The notes below the pieces were generated by a model. The model ran no database searches and was not told the DNA's origin. It saw nothing but the letters and a program-made list of their open reading frames with translations. A stretch of DNA of 53,203 nucleotides, from positions 1 through 53,203 of IMG/VR virus record IMGVR_UViG_3300038360_000257. One strand, given 5' to 3'. Shown here piece by piece: positions 9,390 to 16,951 of this stretch; the stretch's first letter is position 1, and every line of letters begins with the position of its first letter. Position numbers and translations under genes: made by a program. Origin of the DNA: a virus (taxonomy: Duplodnaviria > Caudoviricetes).

Positions 9390-9880
9390 AAATTGACATA
9401 ATAGGAAGTTGACAAAAAAAATTGTGAAAAGTCTTGGTTCAAATCTGGTATTTTTAAATGTGTAAGAAACTGACAAGTTGGAAAAAATGTGTCAACACTG
9501 TCAACAGGCTGTCAACCGTTCATGGGCAGACCATGTTGACGGAAAAAGTCAATGATTTTGTTAATCTATATTACTTGTCAACAGTGTCAACACTTTTTTT
9601 ATTTAGTTATAAGGATAATATAAAGTTAATAAAAAGGGGTAAAAAGGAAGAAAAAGATGTTTTTATATTTAACTTTGTTTTCTATATAGTAAGGGGCGAA
9701 AAGTGTTGACAGGTTGACAATTGACGTAAAGTATTGAAATAATACTAAAATCGGGGAATTTGGCCGTGTTGACACTGTTGACAAATCGATTTAAGTGGTT
9801 GATATTACTTGAGCATCGTTGTTGACACTTTGGATTACTGAAATGTTAATTTTTAACACGTTGATTTTTTGACAAGGAGG
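9390..9880. repeat. putative replication origin with TGTTGACA/TGTCAACA iterons around an AT-rich core
   Basis: about a dozen (T)GTTGAC(A)-like copies in both orientations; perfect 19-bp inverted repeat 9575-9593/9766-9784; directly downstream of the primase gene. Confidence 0.7.
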
Positions 9881-9887
9881 GTGAAAA

Positions 9888-10109
9888 GTGAGTGAAGAAT
9901 TGCGTAGGGCTCGGGAAGAATTGCGTAGGGCTCGGGATGAGATGGTGGGGGACCACGCGGAATTCCTGGCGGAATTAACGGAACAGCTTGGTCATTTCTT
10001 TGAGATTGCCTCAAGTGACATTGAGCGGACCAGTGCGTTTGTCGAATGGTTTGCTGAAAAAACGATAGCCCATGGTTATAAACATGGCCGTGAGGACGCC
10101 GAGCGTTAA
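9888..10109 (+). CDS. hypothetical protein
   Basis: AAGGAGG SD, GTG start; 21-bp tandem duplication encoding EELRRAR twice. Confidence 0.75.
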   Translation: MSEELRRAREELRRARDEMVGDHAEFLAELTEQLGHFFEIASSDIERTSAFVEWFAEKTIAHGYKHGREDAER

Positions 10110-10111
10110 AC

Positions 10112-10150
10112 AAAAAAAGCCGGTACGCCACTAGGGCGTACCGGCCTTTT
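10112..10150. terminator. bidirectional intrinsic terminator
   Basis: A7-GCCGGTACGCC-actag-GGCGTACCGGC-cTTTT between convergent genes. Confidence 0.9.
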
Positions 10151-10153
10151 GAT

Positions 10154-10309
10154 CTATTTTCCTTTCGCCTTGAGATAATATTCTATGGCTTTTATCATCC
10201 AGTCGGTTATCTGGATATTGTCATCCAGGGCGCATTTCTTGCACCTGATGAAGAAGTTTTCGGGTGCCCTTCGTATTGTCATTATCCGGGTGCCGTCTTT
10301 TTTTGTCAT
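10154..10309 (-). CDS. ribbon-helix-helix (CopG/Arc-like) regulator, 51 aa
   Basis: start re-called to ATG 10309 after GGAGG; RIMTIRRAPENFFIRCKKCALDDNIQITDWMIKAIEYYL fits a beta-alpha-alpha pattern. Confidence 0.7.
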   Translation of the reverse strand: MTKKDGTRIMTIRRAPENFFIRCKKCALDDNIQITDWMIKAIEYYLKAKGK

Positions 10310-10310
10310 T

Positions 10311-10982
10311 TTATCCCTCCTCTTTATCCAAGTACACCGCCAGGACAACACTGAACTGGTAGCCGTGGGTGAGCAGGGGATACGCCAGCGCGCTTCCGTC
10401 CAGGCCCTTTTCTTCCATCGCGTCCAGGATGGATTCGTGGACCTGACCGAGCGAGGTGTTTCCGGGGAAGTCGGAAAATTCTGAAAATTCACCCTCCCAG
10501 AGCAGTTGTTTACCCGGCATGGCGTTGATCCTGATCCAGTCTCCCGTGTCCTCATCTTCCAGGTCTCGGAGGATATCATTCAGAGAGACCGGTGACATCA
10601 ACTCCAGGGCACACTTCTGGCAGTACATAACATCGTCCACCATGGTGTAAAGGACATCCAAGGAGTGATTGGTGACAAAGGTTTCGTCGCATCCCTCGCA
10701 GTAAAAGGTATCTTCCATCCCGTATCCCTGATCGTCGCATTCTTCGCAGATGTGACAGATTGCGTAGGCGCCTTCGACGTCCCGGACTCCGTCGGCGGGG
10801 TTGTAAATGGGGATCATCCTGGTAGCGGGTTTGTCGCAGTAATCACAGATGATCACGTCCTTTTCGTTGGCCTTGGCCCAGGAGGCGTCGTTTTCGATCT
10901 TCGCCGCCTGATCATTTATCGCGTTGTAATGTAAGTCCACTTCTTCCTGGTTCATTCTTTGCATGGTATCTGGTGAATACAT
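10311..10982 (-). CDS. acidic Zn-finger protein
   Basis: AAGGAGG SD; CDYC, CHICEEC, CEGC, CQKC; Asp/Glu-rich. Confidence 0.85.
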   Translation of the reverse strand: MYSPDTMQRMNQEEVDLHYNAINDQAAKIENDASWAKANEKDVIICDYCDKPATRMIPIYNPADGVRDVEGAYAICHICEECDDQGYGMEDTFYCEGCDETFVTNHSLDVLYTMVDDVMYCQKCALELMSPVSLNDILRDLEDEDTGDWIRINAMPGKQLLWEGEFSEFSDFPGNTSLGQVHESILDAMEEKGLDGSALAYPLLTHGYQFSVVLAVYLDKEEG

Positions 10983-11119
10983 TTCGTTCCTCCTTTTGAG
11001 GTGGCCCGCCTCCTCATTTCAAGCGGCCATCGCTGTGACCTAAAGAGGAGACGGGCTTAGGCACTCAGGAGTCCCGGCATCATGCCGAGCAGACCTCCCT
11101 GCACCCTCTGAGGTTGTTT

Positions 11120-11389
11120 CTAGTCGCCTTCCCATTCATCGATTGGTGTGAAACCTTCCATCACTCCCATGAAATCGGTGCTGTAAACGATCTCCTGGCC
11201 GATAATCTTAAATTCGAGGTCTCCTGAGCCCTCTGTGGCACCAAAAGCCGAAGCTAAGGCCCGGACCCCCATTCCTGATCCGATGTGGACTAGTGACCCA
11301 TCCTCGAAGCTCAGGGACCATAGTCCTGACATGGGATGACCTGCTATTCCACTGATGACGCCGCGCTGAAATTCCATTTCCTCTTCCAT
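11120..11389 (-). CDS. small acidic hypothetical protein
   Basis: start re-called to ATG 11389 (MEEEMEFQRG) after AAGGAGG. Confidence 0.8.
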   Translation of the reverse strand: MEEEMEFQRGVISGIAGHPMSGLWSLSFEDGSLVHIGSGMGVRALASAFGATEGSGDLEFKIIGQEIVYSTDFMGVMEGFTPIDEWEGD

Positions 11390-11550
11390 TATTCCCCCTC
11401 CTTTTGGTTGTCCTGGTCGATCTGAAACCATGATCGCCATTGAGATACGGTTGCATTTCTACAATCGTAAAACGTGTAGAAAGTCCTGTGGTTGGCGTGG
11501 ACCAAGTCCCCGTTTATTTTGCAAAGTGTGCCAAACCAGAGTTCAAACAT
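11389..11550 (-). CDS. hypothetical protein (53 aa)
   Basis: MFELWFGTLCKINGDLVHANHRTFY...; fills the gap, TAATG overlap with the next gene; not in ORF track. Confidence 0.55.
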   Translation of the reverse strand: MFELWFGTLCKINGDLVHANHRTFYTFYDCRNATVSQWRSWFQIDQDNQKEGE

Positions 11551-11551
11551 T

Positions 11552-11746
11552 TTATCCCCTTTCCCTGTGGGAATACACTTTGTCCCGGCATTCGGCCGAG
11601 CACACGATCAGGGCGCGGTGCCCTTCGGATTGGAATATGAGGTTTGTGTCTTTTCCGCACTGTTTGCACTTTACAACGCGGTCAAAATAACCTCTTACTC
11701 CGGCCAGGTAATCCGGGTGCGTCATGTCTTTTAGCTTTTGCGTCAT
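11552..11746 (-). CDS. small Zn-finger protein
   Basis: AAGGAGG SD; CKQC...CSAEC. Confidence 0.75.
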   Translation of the reverse strand: MTQKLKDMTHPDYLAGVRGYFDRVVKCKQCGKDTNLIFQSEGHRALIVCSAECRDKVYSHRERG

Positions 11747-11837
11747 AAATCTCCTCCTTTGCGTCATGGTTTGCATTAAAATCGTCCATCTCTGATCCTG
11801 GTGGACCTCCGAGCCTCCAGGAGCAGGATTGATGATC

Positions 11838-12563
11838 TTAACCGAGTGCTTGTATGGCTTCGACGTAACCCTTTGCGATCTTTGTCAATTTTGGCGTCTT
11901 GGCCGCGATATTGATCAGACTATCGTTGCGGCAGAGCCTGGTCCCGGCGCCGTGCCAGGTGTAAACGGTGTCGCCGTTGAGCTTTTCCTCTTCCTTGTAC
12001 ATATCAATAAATTCATTAAATTTCGACGGGGGCACCGCGCCTTCTTTCATAGCATCGTAGGTGATCAGTTTCATGTAGCTCTTATTCAGAGGCGTTTCTT
12101 TCAAAGATTCCTGCCAGCGAGCCATTCGGGAAACACGGTCAATTGCGCTTGCCACGGCCCTGTCGGCCATTTCGTAGAGCTCTTCCAGGCTGAGACCTGA
12201 AGTGTGCTTCCTGAAGGTCAAATAGTCCCCTGAGAAGCACATATTCGAGCAGACCATCACACGGGTTCCGGCGGTCATCCCGATTGCCATTGCCTTGCTG
12301 ATGGAATTGCGTACCCCGAGCTGAAATTCCGTGCCCTGGACAACGGGAAAAGAGCCGCCGTTGTCGATGGTCAAAGTAGTGAAAAGGTTGTTACCATTTT
12401 TGGTCATCCCGTACTCTTCGGACTTGACCGCCAGATCGTTATTCCGGATCGCCGCGAAGGTCGCCCGGAGCACATCTCCGTGAGCGATCGGGTGCCAGGA
12501 ATCTGTAAATTCCGGTGCCGATACTGCCATAACTTCATCTCTATTTACCTGTAATGATCTCAT
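11838..12563 (-). CDS. DUF932-like protein
   Basis: SWHPIAH, LGVRNS, AGTRVMVCSNMCF, RKHT pattern; start re-called to ATG 12563 after AAGGAG. Confidence 0.8.
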   Translation of the reverse strand: MRSLQVNRDEVMAVSAPEFTDSWHPIAHGDVLRATFAAIRNNDLAVKSEEYGMTKNGNNLFTTLTIDNGGSFPVVQGTEFQLGVRNSISKAMAIGMTAGTRVMVCSNMCFSGDYLTFRKHTSGLSLEELYEMADRAVASAIDRVSRMARWQESLKETPLNKSYMKLITYDAMKEGAVPPSKFNEFIDMYKEEEKLNGDTVYTWHGAGTRLCRNDSLINIAAKTPKLTKIAKGYVEAIQALG

Positions 12564-12585
12564 TTGATTCTCCTTGTTTTGGGGT

Positions 12586-12708
12586 TTACTCATTATCGTT
12601 TACATGTTGTCCGCAACTGGAGCACAACCATAATTCTTCCCCAGTTTCTTCCTTGTAATAACAGTCTAGGTCGTGTGATTCTTTACACCTATCGCATACA
12701 CCTTCCAT
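12586..12708 (-). CDS. 40-aa acidic Zn-finger microprotein
   Basis: AAGGAGG SD; MEGVCDRCKESHDLDCYYKEETGEELWLCSSCGQHVNDNE; not in ORF track. Confidence 0.75.
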   Translation of the reverse strand: MEGVCDRCKESHDLDCYYKEETGEELWLCSSCGQHVNDNE

Positions 12709-12788
12709 GATAAATCCTCCTTTTGTTTTGATGTTTAGGTTCTCATCTCTACCCGGCTTTTGGTATCTTGCCGAGCAGAAATTAAAAT

Positions 12789-13010
12789 CTAAGCTAAGTC
12801 CACAAGATGAAGTGTGTTTTCCGTAAGGTAGTCATTGTTATACGGGCCGTATTTGAGCGGGACCTGGATTCTGTCCCGGTCCCTTTTCCATCGTTTGACC
12901 TTCCCATTTACCCGCCAGCGTTGAGGCGTCCCGTCCGCGTTTTTGTTTTCATGATGGTGTAGAATGTCGCCGCGTTGTAATGATTTTGCCTGATCCAATG
13001 TGATAGCCAT
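12789..13010 (-). CDS. hypothetical early protein
   Basis: GGAGG SD; MAITLDQAKSL...RWRVNGKVKRWK...VPLKYG. Confidence 0.8.
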   Translation of the reverse strand: MAITLDQAKSLQRGDILHHHENKNADGTPQRWRVNGKVKRWKRDRDRIQVPLKYGPYNNDYLTENTLHLVDLA

Positions 13011-13011
13011 T

Positions 13012-13128
13012 TTACTTCCTCCCGTTTTCATATTTTATCCATGCCAGAACCAGCGCCAGGAGCGCCGGGGCCTTATCCTTTATTTGAGCAATGACTTCCT
13101 GATCGTGTGTCAAGGGCTTATCCTCCAT
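13012..13128 (-). CDS. small hypothetical protein (38 aa)
   Basis: MEDKPLTHDQEVIAQIKDKAPALLALVLAWIKYENGRK fills the gap between genes; no clear SD. Confidence 0.4.
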   Translation of the reverse strand: MEDKPLTHDQEVIAQIKDKAPALLALVLAWIKYENGRK

Positions 13129-13324
13129 ACCAGTATTTTTTGGGGAGAATAAACGCCTTGATTGTGAAACCGTCATACGCAAAGAAGTATTCTTTCAGCA
13201 GGTAATCCCGTTCAATTTTGTCCTTTGCATAATCACAATGTTCCCACTCCCTATCCGAGTAGTGGCGACACAGAAGCTGATATTTGTATCCCTGTTCTGG
13301 TTCCAATGCTTTCGGGTTTGACAT
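13118..13324 (-). CDS. hypothetical early protein
   Basis: AAGGAGG SD, 68-aa ORF. Confidence 0.8.
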   Translation of the reverse strand: MSNPKALEPEQGYKYQLLCRHYSDREWEHCDYAKDKIERDYLLKEYFFAYDGFTIKAFILPKKYWYGG

Positions 13325-13339
13325 GATTAGTCCTCCTTT

Positions 13340-13516
13340 TTAATGTGCGTCGATCAGTTCTGTTTCGACATCGTATATGCCATCTTCATCCAAAAATTCC
13401 TGAGCGTATTCTTTAATGGACCTGTCCAAACTGTAATCGTCATCAATAATGTGGACTGAGTCGTCGATTATGTCACCTTCATGATCAATAAATTTCACGC
13501 GGTATTCCTTTTCCAT
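13340..13516 (-). CDS. 58-aa highly acidic protein, candidate DNA mimic
   Basis: AGGAGG SD; MEKEYRVKFIDHEGDIIDDSVHIIDDDYSLDRSIKEYAQEFLDEDGIYDVETELIDAH (20 D/E versus 5 K/R); not in ORF track. Confidence 0.8.
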   Translation of the reverse strand: MEKEYRVKFIDHEGDIIDDSVHIIDDDYSLDRSIKEYAQEFLDEDGIYDVETELIDAH

Positions 13517-13795
13517 GATGCCCTCCTATTAGAATGATTTACAAACACATCCCAACGGACCGGTGAAAATGATCCGTTAGAATTCACCTATAAATCGAGC
13601 GGATGTCTCCGCACTACATTTCCTGACTTGGCATCCCGCGTCAGGTCCAATCGGTGCCGGTTCGGCTCAGTTTCTGAATTCTCCCTTGAGGTCAGAACGC
13701 TGGGGACTTTCTTGTCCCTATTGGGGCCACCCTATTTTTGTTGGTGGGCGTTGATCCCGGCTAACCTTCCGTGAATCAACCTGTTTTGAACTTGG
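13517..13795 (-). ncRNA. structured 5' leader or candidate small RNA of the early operon
   Basis: non-coding stretch with about seven consecutive hairpins between promoter and first gene. Confidence 0.45.
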
Positions 13796-13799
13796 TTTA

Positions 13800-13828
13800 A
13801 AACTAGTAACATCTTCAACAAATGTCAA
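13800..13828 (-). promoter_or_regulatory. sigma70-type early promoter
   Basis: minus strand TTGACA-17 nt-TAGTTT with AT-rich upstream sequence. Confidence 0.7.
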
Positions 13829-14112
13829 GCGTTTTATGCAATTAAAATGAAAGTATTTTGGATTTCTAATGATATCAACAACTTAGAGGACGTCGAGGAT
13901 GCTCCAGGATCGACGATCTCGGGTCAAGGCATAGCTAGGTATGGACTTTTCCGGTGTTTTTGGCCAAATGGTTTGGATATTGTGGTCCTGGCGCCTTGGT
14001 CCTTGACTTATATAGGAGTGAAGAAAAAGCTTGACAAGGTTTCTGTGGCGTGATAACCGTGAGAGGACCAATCAATTTAATTGATGGATCAGTCAACCCA
14101 TAAGGTGAGCTT

Positions 14113-14637
14113 ATGAATGAAGTAGCGACACTTCCCCTCCAGCAAGATCCGACCAGTGGCAAATTCCTTCCGGGACATTGCCTATCATCAAAAAATGCGT
14201 TTTATACTGATCCTGCCATCATGGAAGCTGGGATAGATGACTACTTTTCCATCTGTGAAGGGAAGGAGAATCCGCCCCATGTTACTGGTATGGCTCTACA
14301 TTTAGGTTTTACTGGACGCCAGGCTTTATTCAATTATATGCAGAGACCTGGTAGAAATCCATTCCTTGACGTAATAAAAAGAGCGAAGGCCCGAATTGAA
14401 GATCACCGCATGACTTCCATGCTCACAAATAGGAATAATGTGATAGCGGGCATATTCGATTTAAAGAACAATCACAACTACATAGATAAACAGGTCTCCG
14501 AGAACCATACGCGAGTCGAACAGGTAATTGCTCCCGAGGACCGCGAAGCTCTTAAGGACTTGGCTCTTAAGATGATTGAAGCTCAAGAGGATGAAGCACT
14601 GCTCATAGAGCCACTCGACACATGGGAGATGGCATAG
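14113..14637 (+). CDS. terS: terminase small subunit (P22 gp3-like)
   Basis: GIDDYF..C, VTGMALHLGF, IKRAKARIE, IFDLKNNHNYID; upstream of terL. Confidence 0.85.
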   Translation: MNEVATLPLQQDPTSGKFLPGHCLSSKNAFYTDPAIMEAGIDDYFSICEGKENPPHVTGMALHLGFTGRQALFNYMQRPGRNPFLDVIKRAKARIEDHRMTSMLTNRNNVIAGIFDLKNNHNYIDKQVSENHTRVEQVIAPEDREALKDLALKMIEAQEDEALLIEPLDTWEMA

Positions 14638-14639
14638 AG

Positions 14640-15050
14640 CGGCAAACCATGAGGTGTCGCCAATATTCAATGGTAGCCTAATTGGGTAAGACTATGTTCA
14701 TCAATGTGACACACACGGTTAAGCATCATACAACAATAGGACACTTAACCATACCTTATGAGATGGGCGTGGTGGTCATTGTACCCCATGTAAGTGGTTG
14801 ATATGATTGCAACGTCTGATAAAGAATATTATGATGCCTTGTCTCATACGAATGAAGGGGGGCGTACCGGTGCCCCACGAGCGATCTGGCGCGAGCGCGG
14901 GGTGCATGTATATATACCCCCACCGTCTCAAAAATTCCGGAATCACAACAACCGGGCGTTTTGAAGTTTTTAAATATTTTTTTTCTAAAAATCCCGGATT
15001 TTGAACTTTTAGCGTTTCCAAATATTTTTTTCTAAAAACAAAAAGGGGAC
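14640..15050. other. candidate packaging (pac/cos) region
   Basis: largely non-coding gap between terS and terL with IHF consensus (14791-14803), G6/C-run GC-rich patch and duplicated AAATA(T)nCTAAAAA. Confidence 0.4.
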
Positions 15051-15052
15051 TG

Positions 15053-15283
15053 ATGGGCATCATAAGCTGGTTCAAGAATATTTTCAAAAAAGAACCCTTA
15101 AATGAAGCCCCAAGTCCCTCCACCTATACGGAGCCTGCTCCAGTTCAGAGTAGGGTTCCAAGCACCTTTGACTGGCAGCGGAAGGTCGTAATCTTGAGCG
15201 TGGCCCCTAACTCTTATAAGGAGTGGTTCACGGTCGAGGATCTGTACCAGGCGTTCAAAGAGAGGACGGAGGCGGAAGGGTAA
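15053..15283 (+). CDS. hypothetical protein
   Basis: AAGGGG SD; stop abuts the terL start. Confidence 0.65.
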   Translation: MGIISWFKNIFKKEPLNEAPSPSTYTEPAPVQSRVPSTFDWQRKVVILSVAPNSYKEWFTVEDLYQAFKERTEAEG

Positions 15284-16942
15284 ATGGCCCAACAGTCAGC
15301 CATGGTCAGGGAAGTAGCGCAATCAGGGGATTTGTCTGCCCTGTTTAACGCGGATGCGCTGGCATGGGCGGTTCTGGGCAAGGTCAAACTCCAAAGCGGA
15401 AAGACCTTCCAGACGATCGGGCATGAGTACCAGCGGGCCATTATGCAGTGTGACCACCCGAACCAGTGCGCGAAGAAAGGCGCCCAGGTGGGCATCACGG
15501 AAATTAATGTGTTAAAGACGATCCACGGTCATATCTACGGACGGTACCCGACCGGCACTCTCTACCTTTTCCCCACCTGGAACGACGTAAGCGATTTCTC
15601 AAAGGCTCGATTTAACCCACTTATTTATGATAACCCCCAGATAGCCAGCCATGTCAAGACCATCTCCTCGGGCGGGAAGACGATGGAAGCCGCGACCATT
15701 AAGAAGATCGGAAACGGTGTGCTATATCTAAGGTCTGCCAGGCAAACGGCGAAGATCGAGGGACTGAAGGCTGATTCCTCATCCCTCAAATCCATCCCGG
15801 TGGATCGGATCGTGTTCGATGAGCGCGACGTGATGTCAGATTCTATGGTGGATCTGGCCAAGGAACGTATCTCACACTCCGAAGTGGGGGAGGTGTTCCA
15901 GCTTTCGACCCCGTCAATCCCGGACTACGGGATAGATTTAGCGTACCAGAATAGTGATCAGAGGGTGTGGGAGCTGCGGTGCAATCACTGTAACGCCTAT
16001 ACTTGTTTAGAATTGGAGTTCCCCGATTGCCTGAAGACCAGACAAGATGAGACGGTTTACAGGGCCTGCAAGAAATGTGGAAAGGAGATACACCCGAAAG
16101 ACGGCCGGTGGACGGCTCAAAGGCCGGAAGAGACGGATCTGGTCGGGTGGTGGATAAGCCAGTTGAATTCAATGTACGTTTCCCCAAAGAATATTCTTGA
16201 ACAATTCCAGAACCCTAAGACCAACCTCCAGGAGTTTTACAACTCGAAGCTGGGGATGGCTTACATCGCGGCGGAGAACCGGTTGACGAAGAACGATGTG
16301 CGGGCCTGCTGCGGGAATGATGTGATGTCGGTCAGGAGCGAAGGACCGACCTCGATGGGGGCGGACATTGGTAAGCACATTCATGTGGTGATCGGTAACC
16401 GGCAGAGCGCGGGTAAGCAGTTGAAGATCATCAAGGTCGCTACTGTCTCATCATTTAATGATCTGCACGACCTGGCCTCAAGATTTGGGGTTAAATGCGC
16501 GGTCTTGGATCTGTATCCGGAGACCCGGAAAGTGAGGGAGTTCGCTGAGGCGGCAAGGTATCCCGTGTTCGGCTGCGATTACCAGGAGCGGCAGAAGGGT
16601 GCGTTCGCGTGGGATGAGCGGAACAAGGTGGTGACGTGCAACCGGACGGAAGTGTGCGACGCGACCCACGAGCTGGTGGTGAACAAAGGGCGGTTGGAGC
16701 TCCCAAGAAGGTCGGATGAGTTAGATAACTACATCAAGCACATGACGGGAATCGTTAAGGTGCTGCAAGAGGACGACATGACGGGCTCACGGGTGTACCG
16801 GTACAGAAGGATATCGGACGATCACTACCGCCATGCGACGAACTATTTCTACTTAGCTTCAACCAGGATAAGGGATGCCCGCAAGGGTGGGTTCAGGTCC
16901 ACCCAGAGGGAATCTTTTAAATATCCATACGCACCGGGGTAA
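15284..16942 (+). CDS. terL: terminase large subunit (GpA-like)
   Basis: KKGAQVGITE Walker A variant, IVFDE Walker B, STP, CNHC/CKKC Zn ribbon, GADIG, DDHYRHA. Confidence 0.92.
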   Translation: MAQQSAMVREVAQSGDLSALFNADALAWAVLGKVKLQSGKTFQTIGHEYQRAIMQCDHPNQCAKKGAQVGITEINVLKTIHGHIYGRYPTGTLYLFPTWNDVSDFSKARFNPLIYDNPQIASHVKTISSGGKTMEAATIKKIGNGVLYLRSARQTAKIEGLKADSSSLKSIPVDRIVFDERDVMSDSMVDLAKERISHSEVGEVFQLSTPSIPDYGIDLAYQNSDQRVWELRCNHCNAYTCLELEFPDCLKTRQDETVYRACKKCGKEIHPKDGRWTAQRPEETDLVGWWISQLNSMYVSPKNILEQFQNPKTNLQEFYNSKLGMAYIAAENRLTKNDVRACCGNDVMSVRSEGPTSMGADIGKHIHVVIGNRQSAGKQLKIIKVATVSSFNDLHDLASRFGVKCAVLDLYPETRKVREFAEAARYPVFGCDYQERQKGAFAWDERNKVVTCNRTEVCDATHELVVNKGRLELPRRSDELDNYIKHMTGIVKVLQEDDMTGSRVYRYRRISDDHYRHATNYFYLASTRIRDARKGGFRSTQRESFKYPYAPG

Positions 16943-16951
16943 GGAAAACAA

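Noticed and set aside
9458-9709. 83-aa ORF in the origin region
   Set aside because: Translation of iterons and A/T tracts, no SD
9390-9880. CRISPR array
   Set aside because: Repeats are 7-19 bp, irregularly spaced and in both orientations; the DUF2800 gene is a replication-module nuclease, not part of a cas operon
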